Positions 1 to 10,773 of a stretch of DNA of 64,000 bases are shown here, in pieces (within the stretch, counting starts at the first letter, position 1; each line of letters starts with the position of its first letter). The DNA is taken from the NCBI GenBank assembly GCA_951406725.2, contig OX597818.1, positions 96,782,001-96,846,000 of the forward strand. The letters run 5' to 3'. The notes beneath the pieces are model-generated. The model worked only from the letters and a program-made list of their open reading frames with translations. It did no database searches and had not been told where the DNA came from. The translations under genes were made by a program, and so were the position numbers. The DNA is from Octopus vulgaris. Lineage: Eukaryota.

Positions 1-161
1 CAGTCTGTAAGTGGAACAGTAAAAGCCTACAAGTATTTCCTAAATTTCAAAATGAAATAATCATTGTTGTTATCCAAATTCCAGTGATGGAGCTTCTGTT
101 TCTGTTTGAAACCAGCTTCCTCCTCGTAAGAAGAATTCTAATAAAAATAGAATAGTAAAGG
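1..161 (+). mobile_element. 3' end of an RLE-type non-LTR retrotransposon (last codons plus 3' UTR)
   Basis: Frame 1 reads QSVSGTVKAYKYFLNFKMK*, homologous to the C-terminus QSVSGTIKICKTFFKFQM* at 1443-1499. The 3' UTR is similar and runs into (TACA)n. Confidence 0.75.
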
Positions 162-295
162 CATACATACATACATACATACATACATACATACATACAT
201 ACATACATACATACATACATACATACATGCATGCATACATAAATACATACATACATACATACATACATACATACATACATACATACATACATACA

Positions 296-323
<28 letters not shown>
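162..323. repeat. (TACA)n microsatellite
   Basis: Direct reading. Confidence 0.98.
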
Positions 324-325
<2 letters not shown>

Positions 326-326
<1 letters not shown>

Positions 327-1603
327 GGGATACTAGATTGGTCTGTTGAGGAAATCCACTCCATAAATATCAAAACCCGCAAAATCCTGACAACAACTGG
401 GAACTCCCACAGTAACAGTAATGTTAACAGGTTCTACCTAAGAAGAAATAAAGGCGGTAGATGCCTGAGATCAGTGCAGACGACCTCCGAATGCTGTATG
501 GTCTCACTCAGGCGGCACCTGCTAAACAACAGTAGCAAAAATAAATATATTAATGCAGTCCTGAAAAGTGAAGTGAGCAACATTGTACGAGTTAGCAGTG
601 AACTCCTCAAGAAACACTCTCTTCCTGATGATCTCCTATACAGCCCCAAAACAGCTGGGCTCTCTTACCTCAGAGAAGACCTGGATGGAAAGCACTCAGC
701 ATACAAAAAAAAGACCATGCATGGGCATGTTGCCCAGAAGCTTGAAGAAGACAGTAGAATAGACACGAAGCGCAGCCTTTCTTGGACACATGACCACTAT
801 TTCACATCACACTTTGAAGGCTATGCGTTTGCAATCCAGGAACAGGAGATTGCTACGAAATGCTTTGTGAACATGAGAGACAGTGACTCTCTTGTAATCC
901 CAAGGTGCAACCGCATATGTAGGCCTGTCATGTTTCTGTAGAAGACATTACACATCTGATTAGCAGCTGTCCTAAAATGTCGTCGCGGTACTACCTCTCA
1001 ATGCAGCAGGATGTTGTTGCTAAAACAATTTACAATGCCAGCCGCAAAAAAGAATGTCTTAAAATAAACTTAGAAAATCCCTTTGTTATGGAATACATTC
1101 ATAAACACCAATTCAAGGAATACTGGTGGAATATTCCCATCAAAACTTCTGTCAAATAACAGGTCGGATATCGTTGTTTGGGACAGAGGAGAAAATGTAT
1201 GTATCATCACAGAGGTCAGCTGCCCTACAGATATAAATATATCTTTGAAAATCAATGAGAAAGAGGCTATCTATGGACAACTTCTTCGAAACCTCCAGCT
1301 TCTATATCTAGACTATGAATTCATATTCATACCAATAATAATTGGACCATTAGGTTTTGCTAGTAAATGCTTAAAGGAGAATCTGGATAAAGTGGAATTT
1401 TCAGAAAGAGAAATTTACCTTTTGATTCGTACATTACAAGTCCAATCTGTGAGTGGAACAATAAAAATATGCAAGACTTTCTTCAAGTTCCAAATGTAAA
1501 TTTATCTGTGTTAACTACATCCCAAAGATGGAGCCGTGTATCTTTGTTGGAAACCGGCTCCCTCATCAGTGGAAGATTTATAATAATCAAAAAATTGAAG
1601 AGA
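326..1603 (+). mobile_element. 5'-truncated RLE-type (R4/Dong- or NeSL-like) LINE, frameshifted
   Basis: RLYLRRNKGGR (post-RT), AIQEQEIATK, degenerate CCHC knuckle (EDITHLISSC), and restriction-like endonuclease RSDIVVWD...IITEVSCP...EKEAIY. Flanked on both sides by (TACA)n. Confidence 0.85.
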
Positions 1604-1721
1604 CATACACATACATACATACACATACATGCAAACATACATACATACACATACTCATACATACATACATACATACATACATACATACATACATACATAC
1701 ATACATACATACATACATACA
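1604..1721. repeat. (TACA)n microsatellite
   Basis: Direct reading. Confidence 0.95.
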
Positions 1722-2435
1722 CGTATAGAAAAAGGAGGAATATATCGAATAAGCTTTCTACTCGGCCGCTTGACCTACTATAGATAGTAACCAAATCTAT
1801 TTCAAATCGCAGCTTACCAACTTAGAAAACGAAGAGACACAAAACTGTTAACTGGGAATTGGCGCGTTACCTTTGTGCACGAATAATGCCTTTTGTTTTG
1901 TTTTGTTTTCTTTTGTTTTTCTTTTACTTATGATTTCTGAAACTTCAAGATTGAACCTTTTTACTGACGTGTCTGACATATGACATATCTCTCTACGTTC
2001 CGTAACTTTGTTAGTCTGTTAATCGGATAAAGACGAGGATGTTTGACAACGCCATAACACAGCTCTGTCAGAGTCAGAACCGTTACTAGAGAACTGAATG
2101 ATTGGCATGCACTTTAGTTTATTTTCCTTGCTGTATTTTTTTTTTTTTTTTTTGCTTTTGGTGCTGGGGATTGTTTTTTAAGCGTTTTTTCTTCTCTGGA
2201 AGACGAAAGCTTTTTTAATTTTCATTTTCGCCCGTTTTATATATCTATGCATTTCATATCCTATAATATGGTTGCAGTGTCTGTAAGTGTATAGTAAGTG
2301 TGTGTGTGTTTTGCTTTCATCCAATTGTTCAACAAAATAAAACGAGTTCAATTATAGAATAATTATTTAAGAACGTGTTTAAAAAAACACATCCAATTCA
2401 ATTAATACCATCATCTCTGATCGTACTCTAGCCGC

Positions 2436-2457
2436 TGTTGTTGCTGCTGCTGCAGCC

Positions 2458-2505
<48 letters not shown>

Positions 2506-2534
2506 TTACTACTACTATTATTATTATTATTATT
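2436..2534. repeat. compound (TGC)/(CTA)n/(TTA)n microsatellite
   Basis: Direct reading; forms the tail of the adjacent retroposon. Confidence 0.9.
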
Positions 2535-3032
2535 GAGTGAGTGAGAGAGCAGTGCATGCCATCAAAGTGGACACTGGGGTAAAATATACGAAGCCCAGTA
2601 TACCCATCATGACAACCTGTCTGATAAGGGTACAGCAGGCATATGCATGACAATCATATGTGCGCCACATTGTGATCACGTATCAAGATAAACAGTGCAT
2701 GACCTTGCAGGTAGGGCCTAATTAGAATTTTCTTCAGGTTGAGTAGCCCAATCTGCTCAAAAGGTCCCTGAATAAGGGTTGTTTAAGGATTTTGAACGAA
2801 ACTCCCATGTTTCCAAAGGTGAAATATCCAGACCTCCAAAGAATTCCTCTCAACACATGGCTATGATGCTCCCCCACTACTTCTCTTCATGATCAGAAAT
2901 GCATATATCGTCAGCCACTAAGGGACATTATCAACTGGTTATGGTCAAACAACTGACAAGCAAATCTGTGGTATTGAGCATAATTTTTACATGATAACAC
3001 TTCCAATCAGTTAAGATCAGAAGCCATGAGCG
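2535..3032 (-). mobile_element. non-coding ~500-bp retroposon with (TAA)n tail
   Basis: Reverse-complement homolog of 30257-30828 over its whole length. Confidence 0.85.
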
Positions 3033-3041
3033 ACACTGACA

Positions 3042-3250
3042 CCGAGCTTGCAGAATCGTTAGCACGCTGGCCAAAATACTTAGCATTTCGTCCACCTTCA
3101 TATTCTGAGTTCAAATTCCGCCGAGGTTGACTTTGCCTATCATCCTTTCGGGACCGATGAAATAAGTACCAGTTGAACACTGGGGTCAATGTAATCGACT
3201 ACCCCATCCCCCGAAATTGCTGGCCTTGTACCAAAATGTGAAATCATTAT
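3042..3250 (+). mobile_element. tRNA-derived SINE, family B (Nin/Deu-like central domain)
   Basis: Family pattern GAGCTGGCAGAATCGTTAG...GAGTTCAAATTCCGCCGAGGTYGACTTTGCCTTTCATCCTTTCGGG...AAGTACCAG recurs more than 15 times in the window. Confidence 0.85.
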
Positions 3251-4030
3251 TATTATCGTTTTACTTCTCAGAGCGCTCGGTCTTGTACGCTCTGGATGAT
3301 TCTGTGAGAGCGGACAGCAGCCTGTTGTCAGAAGTCTCGCAGTGTCTCTTTCCGTACATTATAAGCCTTGATAGTTGATTGTTAATGATTGTGGAAGACA
3401 TTCAACACCTAAGTACCAATCTCAGAATTCTAGCTGTCCCCAACAAAGCAGTTTGTGGGGCTTGCTCTGCTCTCGTGTCAATTCCAATTTCTCAGACATA
3501 TTTCTCGAACTTGGTTGTTAGTACTCCGAGTGCCCCTACAACTACTAGGATAACAGACGGTCTCCTCATGGTCCACATTCTTGCAATTTCGTCTTTTAGT
3601 AGTCTGTACTTTTCCATCTTTTCCAGCTCTTTGTCACTTATGCTTGCATCCCCAGGTATTGCAATATCTATAATCTTAGTTTCCATTTTTTCTTTATCTA
3701 CCACAACAATATCTGGTCTCTGAGCATCGATTAGGGGACCACATTGGATTGTAAAATACCACAGTATCTTATATTCATTTTTCTCAGTGACTCCTTCTGG
3801 TCCATGGTCATACAATTTCCGTGCTCTGTCCAAGCCGCACTTTTCACATAGACACCAGTGAATAAACTTAGCCTCCTTTTGTAGTGCTTTAGGGCCAGCC
3901 TACTACACTCACTCACACTATGTGAGATTGTTTCCTTTCTGCTGCCACACACCCTACGAAGAGGCGATTTGCTGCTCATATCTATTTGGAACTTGTAATT
4001 AATTCTCAGAGCTTGTTCCTGGGCGCTGGC
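3247..4030 (-). mobile_element. 3' fragment of R4/Dong-like RLE LINE
   Basis: Minus-strand EQALRINY, VCGSRKETISHSVSEC knuckle, RPDIVVVDK...IIDIAIPGD...EKMEKY and VVVGALG; ends in (TAA)n. Confidence 0.85.
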
Positions 4031-4180
4031 CCATTGATCGGTTGAAAAACATTGAACGACCTAGAAAATTAATGCCACTCTCTTCAGAGTCATTTCTGAT
4101 TATAACTAAGCAAAACACTGAAAGAATGGTATACAAACAGAGAGCTTATAAAGTATTTTACCTTGGTTGACAATCACTTG

Positions 4181-4183
<3 letters not shown>

Positions 4184-4278
<95 letters not shown>

Positions 4279-4505
4279 ATGCGTGTGAGTTCGTCTGTGT
4301 TTATCCTGTCAACACCTGACAACTGGTATTGGTTTGATTACGTGCTCATAAATTGTTAGTTCAGCAAAAAGACGATAGAATAAATACCAGGTTTGAAATA
4401 AATACTGGGATCCGTCTGTTCGGCGAAACCCTTCAAAGTGGTGCCTCAGAGCGGCCGCCGTCCACTAACTGAAGCAGGCAAAAGAATAAGGAAGTAAAAG
4501 AATAA
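4184..4505 (+). repeat. (GT)n tract followed by the 3' half of SINE family A
   Basis: (GT)n at 4184-4277, then a degenerate match to the tail of 12934-13345. Confidence 0.75.
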
Positions 4506-4627
4506 TCTTTTTTTTTACTTTCAGTCAAAAGTACAAAGAATAATCATTATTAAGGTGGCCAACTGGTAAAATCGTTGGCACGCTGGACAAACTGTAAGTC
4601 ATCTTTCTATTATAGAAAGGTTTCTTA

Positions 4628-6022
4628 TTGGGTTGGCCAAAAAGTTCTCTTTTTACTCTTTTACTTGTTTCAGTCATGTGACTGTGGCCATGCTGGAGCA
4701 CCGCCTTTAGTCGAGAAAATCGACCCCAGGATTTAGTCTTTGTAAGCTTAGTACTTATTTTATCGGTCTCTTTTGCCGAACCGCTAAGTTCCTTCAGTTT
4801 TTTTGTCTTTTTGTTTTGTAGACATTAAACTTTAAGCACTTTAATAAGTGGCTTACTTAAGTCTGGTCCTTGCGCTTGCGGGCTTGTAAGATACATGGCC
4901 CTTCATCGTAGTTCGACGCGAACTTGCGACGAGACAACCTGTATTTTGTGTGCGTGGATCCCTCTGAAAATCAAAACGAACATTATCGATACATTATGCC
5001 TTTTTATTTTAAAAAAGGCAAGAAAGCGACAAAAACCTACTGGAAGTGTGTTGTGTGCGGGGAGAACACTATTAAGAAATACGTATGCCAGAAGGAAGCG
5101 GTTTTCAAGTTTTCGATGGGGTGGGGAAAGTTTTCGGTTCAAGATGCATCACGCTCTGACCAGCCAACTATTAACAGCAATACTAAAACTTGTCATGTAA
5201 CTAGGATGATCGCAGGTATTCCCGAAATAACCAAACCGAGTGTTGAAAAGCTTCTGCACCAAATTGGTTACGACAGATGTGTCGATGTTTGGGTGCCACA
5301 TCAATTAAATAAGGCTAACCTCGCCCAACAGATTTTCATCAGTGAATCGTTTGCAAAAACGTGAAGAAAACGATCCTTTTTTAAGAAAATGATGACAGGG
5401 GACGAAAAAGTATCGTTTATAATAATGTGAAGTGCAAGCGACCGTGGGAAAGTGCAGCGAGGCACTATAAACAAGCTCCAAAGCAAGACTTCACCCGCAG
5501 AAGGTTATACTTTCAATATGGTGGGATTGGAAGGGTGATGATTTTTACAAGCTTCATCCCACGGATAAGACCATCAGATGTGTACTGCGACGAGCTGGAC
5601 AAATTAAATGCAGCAATCTACCAGAAGCGTCCAGCATTTTCTAATATTAAGGGCATCTCGACAATGCCAGACCACACACTACTTTGCAAATCTAGCAGAA
5701 GTCAGGAGGGATCGGGTGGAAAGTTTTGCCGTATTGTCCATATTTGACAGACTTTGCGCCTTCAGATTCCCACTTATTTTGGTATCTTCAAAATTTATTG
5801 AAAGGACAGACCTTCAACTCTGAAGAGAATGTGAAAATTCACCTGGAAGAGATTTTCGCCAGTAAAGACTAAATTATTTGAGCAGGAGTTAATGGATCAG
5901 CCCTCAAGATAGCAGATATTAGAACGAAACGGTGACTATATCATTGATGACTAAATAGCTTCGTATTTAAAATTTGTGTCTTATTTTCGCTAAAAAAAAA
6001 ACGAACATTTTGGCCGACCCAG
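4628..6022 (+). mobile_element. full-length degenerate mariner (Tc1/mariner) transposon
   Basis: TIRs TTGGGTTGGCCAAAAAGTTC / GAACATTTTGGCCGACCCAG flanked by TA. Transposase motifs WVPHQL and MTGDEK are present with stops and frameshifts. A SINE tail is inserted at ~4648-4790. Confidence 0.9.
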
Positions 6023-6024
6023 TA

Positions 6025-6116
6025 GTAAAAGACACTTACTCAAGATGTCTCGCAGTGGGATCGAACCCGAAACCAGGTAGTTGAGAAGCAAACTTCTTAC
6101 CACACAGCCATGCCAG
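6025..6116 (-). mobile_element. SINE family A tRNA-derived head
   Basis: Reverse complement of the GGCTGTGTGGTAAGAAG...GGGTTCGATCCC head. Confidence 0.75.
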
Positions 6117-6667
6117 CAAAAGGATCATGACAGTGTGACTCCAAACCGTTGCACTTGTTGCCTACCTTTGTCAAGAGTATAGTGTGAGTGGAGTCAGCTC
6201 TATCATCTCATCTTACAATTTGTGACCTTGGATGCCTAAGTAGTAGAACCGGTTCCTTACTGGATTAAATTATACGTTTTATTTAGATATACAGTAACAT
6301 CGTTTTGTATCCTGAGAAAAATTACCCCGCCAACCTGACCTAGATCATTATTTTTTAAATTTTTATCCTTTCTTTTTCATCATGTTAATGAAAAATATAC
6401 CAACCATATAATGAGGTTGATTCAATCAACCAATCAACTGTACATTTTCCTACAGTTGTCAGGGCTTGTACTAAAATTAAAAGCTGTTGTTATTATCGTT
6501 CATTTTGTTGTGAATGTTATTGATCCTGTTCCTACTCCTACTCCTACTCCTTCTCCTGCCGTTGCTGGTGCTGCTGCTTTGTTGACGACGACGAGGACGA
6601 CGGCGACAACGACATGATGATGATGATGATGATGATGGGGAGGAGGAGGAGGAGGAGGAGGAGGAGG

Positions 6668-7050
6668 TCCATAAAATTTTTGAGGCACCGAAACATCATA
6701 GTGATTCACATATTCAAGTGCTTTTAAATGCCTTATAAAGCTCATATGTGAAGTACGAGTATCCCTGTGATGTCTCGTGTCGTGTTACCTGGATTATTTT
6801 CGAAAACTAGTGCTTCGATTTCGTCATCATCAAAATTGTAGGCCTGTCGGAATGTTCACGGTCTTCCAGATTAAAATTTTCACTCCTAAACCTAGTGACC
6901 CACTTACGAACATTACTCTCAGCGACTGCATCATTTCCATAAACTTAACAACTTCTTTGTTGTTTGAACAGCGTCTTTTCCTTTCTGGAAATAAAAGAGC
7001 ATTAAATAACGAAAATGTGTCTCGATTTCCTCCATTTTCACTCTTAAAGT
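6668..7050 (-). mobile_element. mariner transposase N-terminal fragment
   Basis: Minus-strand YGNDAVAESNVRKWVTRFRSENFNLEDREHSDRP...YDVSVPQ (HTH and WVPH-like region). Confidence 0.7.
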
Positions 7051-7116
7051 AAAAACAGTAGTGATAGACTACCCATACAGTAATTGTAGAGAAAGACGTG
7101 TTGAAGTGTCATCTTT

Positions 7117-7120
<4 letters not shown>

Positions 7121-7175
<55 letters not shown>

Positions 7176-7202
7176 TAGATATAGATATATATATATATAT
7201 AT

Positions 7203-7267
<65 letters not shown>
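7121..7267. repeat. (TA)n/(GA)n microsatellite
   Basis: Direct reading. Confidence 0.95.
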
Positions 7268-7273
<6 letters not shown>

Positions 7274-7680
7274 CCAAAAGTAGCGTACCAGCTTTATGAG
7301 TCCTAATTATATGTGTCTGTTAGTTCTGTAGTTTCTTGATGCTTGCTGCTATAATTTCTACATGTCATTGATTGTTCGACGTGTCGAATTTTGTGAGAGA
7401 ATGCTGGCAGAAGCCAGAGTTTCCGGATTTTTGATCGACTCATTTTCTCTGATGAAGCGACCTTCGATGTTTCTGGTCACAACAACCGCCATAACTGCTT
7501 GTATTATTCAGAAGATGATACTGAAGTGGTTTGGGAAAATCACGTCAATTTACCTTGTCATTTGGGAAGCGATATCGTCTTCAGGAATTTGTGCATTCCA
7601 TATTCAACGAGAGACGATGAATGGTCATTGTTACCTGGGGCTGTGTGAAAATATCATCTGGCCGTGTTTTCGATTCCAGA
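7266..7680 (+). mobile_element. Tc1-like (DD41D/rosa-type) transposon fragment
   Basis: TIR-like GGTGGGCCAAAAGTAG; RRVEFCE...FSDEATF..SGH.NRHNC across a frameshift. Confidence 0.65.
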
Positions 7681-7684
7681 ATCT

Positions 7685-8250
7685 TTGTACAAGATGTCTT
7701 TTTGGTCAGCTGAAAGCAGTTTTCGCAGAAACTTGGCAGACACGCATCTCATACTCAAATCTTCAGTGATAATAGACTGAACTGAACTGTAACTAATCTG
7801 CACATTCTCTTATAACTCACAGGTCGTTATTCGACGATTTCCACTCAAATCTGCACGCACATCTGCGATGTTTTTCTCATTTCTGCTGGTTGTGGGTCTC
7901 TCAGAACGTCCATCAATATCGACTTTTTTTCTGTCATCTTGAAAACGTCTAAACCACTAGAACACTTGTGTGCGGCTCATACACTCCTCTCCATAAACTT
8001 TCTGCAACATTGCATAGGCCTCTGAGCAGGTATCACCAAGACAAGTTTTTCTCTCATAGTCAATGCGACGATCACACGCTACACACCTTCCTTCTAAGCA
8101 CTACTGTAAACAGTGGAAGTGTGCTAGAACGTTACAACTTACTGCACAAGCACTGCAGAGGTCAAGGTTAATCATTGTCGAGCGGTTTCACTCTGCGTGT
8201 TTTAGCTTCGTTACTTTGGCAACAGTCCGGACACTTATTGATCAGACGAC
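7685..8250 (-). mobile_element. mariner-derived non-autonomous element
   Basis: Reverse-complement homolog of 14620-15150; terminal CAGTCCGGACACTTATTGATCAGAC. Confidence 0.8.
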
Positions 8251-8278
8251 CACCTATATATGTTTGTGTGTGCGTGTT

Positions 8279-8279
<1 letters not shown>

Positions 8280-8374
<95 letters not shown>

Positions 8375-8408
8375 CATTTATACATACACAAATATACAAA
8401 TGCATATA

Positions 8409-8488
<80 letters not shown>

Positions 8489-8517
8489 TATATACATATA
8501 TATAGATATAGATATAG

Positions 8518-8572
<55 letters not shown>

Positions 8573-8580
8573 CATACATA
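8280..8580. repeat. (GATA)n plus (TA)n microsatellites
   Basis: Direct reading. Confidence 0.97.
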
Positions 8581-8763
8581 AATATAGGACAATCGGTTAG
8601 TTGTCATAATAAAACTCAGAGTTTCGGATGTCAGGGCTGAAGAGTTTTATTATGACAACTAACTGATTGACCTGTATTATATTTATAGATAAATTCCCCT
8701 ATGTACATAATATCGAGGTCTCATTCATTCTTTTGTTGTCATATTATCATTATTATTATTATA

Positions 8764-8814
<51 letters not shown>

Positions 8815-8816
8815 TA

Positions 8817-8916
<100 letters not shown>

Positions 8917-9396
8917 GCACATACACTCACACATTTATGTATGTATATCTATATCTATCTTTCTGTCTGTATATATATTTATATGTATTTATATGTGCGT
9001 GTGTGTATTGACATTGATATTGATATAAACCGATATTTATTACTTGTTCTTGAACAATAACTAACAACTAACAATGACGTCAATCACATAACATTTTGCC
9101 ATTTCATAAAACAAAGCATTATTGATTTTGAGCGCAGAATTCACATCCTCCATGAATAATTGGAAGACATTAAAAGGTGGCTGAATGTTACAAAGTACAT
9201 ATTTTTTTACTAGCTTTAACTCTTGTGAACAGATAAAAGATTCTATTAAATACTAACTAATTTATACTTATTCTAACAATGCAATTCAAATTTTTAAAGC
9301 ATGAAAACATCGTTTTCAAATAACACGTTTCTCTCATGAATATTGTAAAAGCGAAGTGGTGTTTAAGAGAAAATAAACTCACTGCACTTTCCATAC

Positions 9397-9470
<74 letters not shown>

Positions 9471-9473
<3 letters not shown>

Positions 9474-9609
9474 CAACAAGAATAACTTCGGTAATTTGAT
9501 ACGATCGTTTCGCACTACATCATTTTATTAAATGTTATAAGTATTACAACAGTTTTAAAATGCTGAGCACTCATCAGCCATTAATAGAGGTTTTCCATTC
9601 TTGTTGCTT
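9471..9609 (-). ncRNA. type I hammerhead ribozyme-like motif (Penelope/retrozyme-like)
   Basis: Minus strand: CUGAUGA (9577-9571), long imperfect stem II, GAAA (9511-9508), palindromic stem III ACGAUCGU, H=A. Enclosed by the 13-bp inverted repeat AAGCAACAAGAAT/ATTCTTGTTGCTT. Confidence 0.6.
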
Positions 9610-9714
9610 AATTTTGATTATAATCACCCCATGGATTTATATGGATAACACCATAAAAATCTCTGGTGCATCTAACTTAAGTACCATATTCATTTGAATC
9701 TAAATTTTGCTGAA

Positions 9715-9768
<54 letters not shown>

Positions 9769-9925
9769 CGCCATACTAATATGGCATTCTTATAAAAATA
9801 AGAAAAAAGCTGTCCGCTTATTAGCTCCATGAGGCCATCGCCTTAAGTTAGCTATTTGATACACAAACTGTATCCATATAACCTTCGAACAAGGGAGGTC
9901 AGTCGCTCCACACTACTTGACCGGC

Positions 9926-9967
9926 AGCTACAGACGCGTTTCGGGGTATTGCCCCTTTTCAATGCAG
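9926..9967 (-). ncRNA. minimal hammerhead ribozyme, inverted copy
   Basis: Reverse complement of 10024-10065. Confidence 0.65.
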
Positions 9968-10022
9968 GTAAATAAAACCATCGAACAGAGATTGTCGGAA
10001 GCGACACCTACTGGCTGGCTAC

Positions 10023-10064
10023 GCTGCATTGAAAAGGGGCAATACCCCGAAACGCGTCTGTAGC
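10023..10064 (+). ncRNA. minimal type I hammerhead ribozyme (U3-A8 core variant)
   Basis: GCUGCA-UUGAAAA-GGGG-CAAUA-CCCC-GAAA-CGCG-UC-UGUAGC; predicted cleavage after C10058. Confidence 0.75.
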
Positions 10065-10289
10065 TGCCGGTCAAGTAGTGTGGAGCGACTGACCTCCCTT
10101 GTTCGAAGGTTATATGGATACAGTTTGTGTATCAAATAGCTAACTTAAGGCGATGGCCTCATGGAGCTAATAACGGACAGCTTTTTTCTTATTTTTATAA
10201 GAATGCCATATTAGTATGGCGATAACTATTATTTTCCGGGAACGCTGCCGCTGTTCTCTTTTAGAGAGACTTAGTTATTTTAATATTTC

Positions 10290-10344
<55 letters not shown>

Positions 10345-10394
10345 CATACACACACATATATATATGTGTATATATATGTATGTATGTATATATT

Positions 10395-10605
10395 ACATTT
10401 TACTTGCTTCAGTCATTGAACTGCAGTCAGCTGGGGCGCCGCCTTGAAGGGTTTAGCCAAACAAATCGACTACGGTACTTATTTATTTTTTATGCTTGGA
10501 ATTGCGTTCGCCGTCTTTTGCCGAACTGCTTACTCACGGAGAAGTAAACAAACCAACAGCGGTTGTCAAGTGGTAGGGAGAAATAAAGACAGACACACAA
10601 CACAC
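10395..10605 (-). mobile_element. SINE family A 3' half
   Basis: Reverse-complement match to 13150-13345. Confidence 0.75.
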
Positions 10606-10629
10606 ACATATATATACATGTATACACAC

Positions 10630-10676
<47 letters not shown>

Positions 10677-10773
10677 CATACATACATACATACATACATA
10701 CATACATACATACATACATACATACATTTGTGAAATACATTTGTTAAAAAGGAAAACAATCACCAACGCAAGA

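Larger units (their letters stand above)
9765..10293. mobile_element. Penelope-like element remnant with inverted ~200-bp pseudo-LTR
   Basis: Arms 9765-9967 and 10024-10225 are near-identical reverse complements (one indel seen), each carrying a hammerhead; embedded in (TA)n. Confidence 0.7.

Noticed and set aside
47-382. [12 protein letters not shown]-type ORFs here and at 8.2-9.0, 10.2-10.8 and 35.4-35.9 kb
   Set aside because: Translations of microsatellites, not genes
1525-1572. Minus-strand CTGATGA followed by a stem in the LINE 3' UTR
   Set aside because: The stem is not followed by GAAA; not a hammerhead
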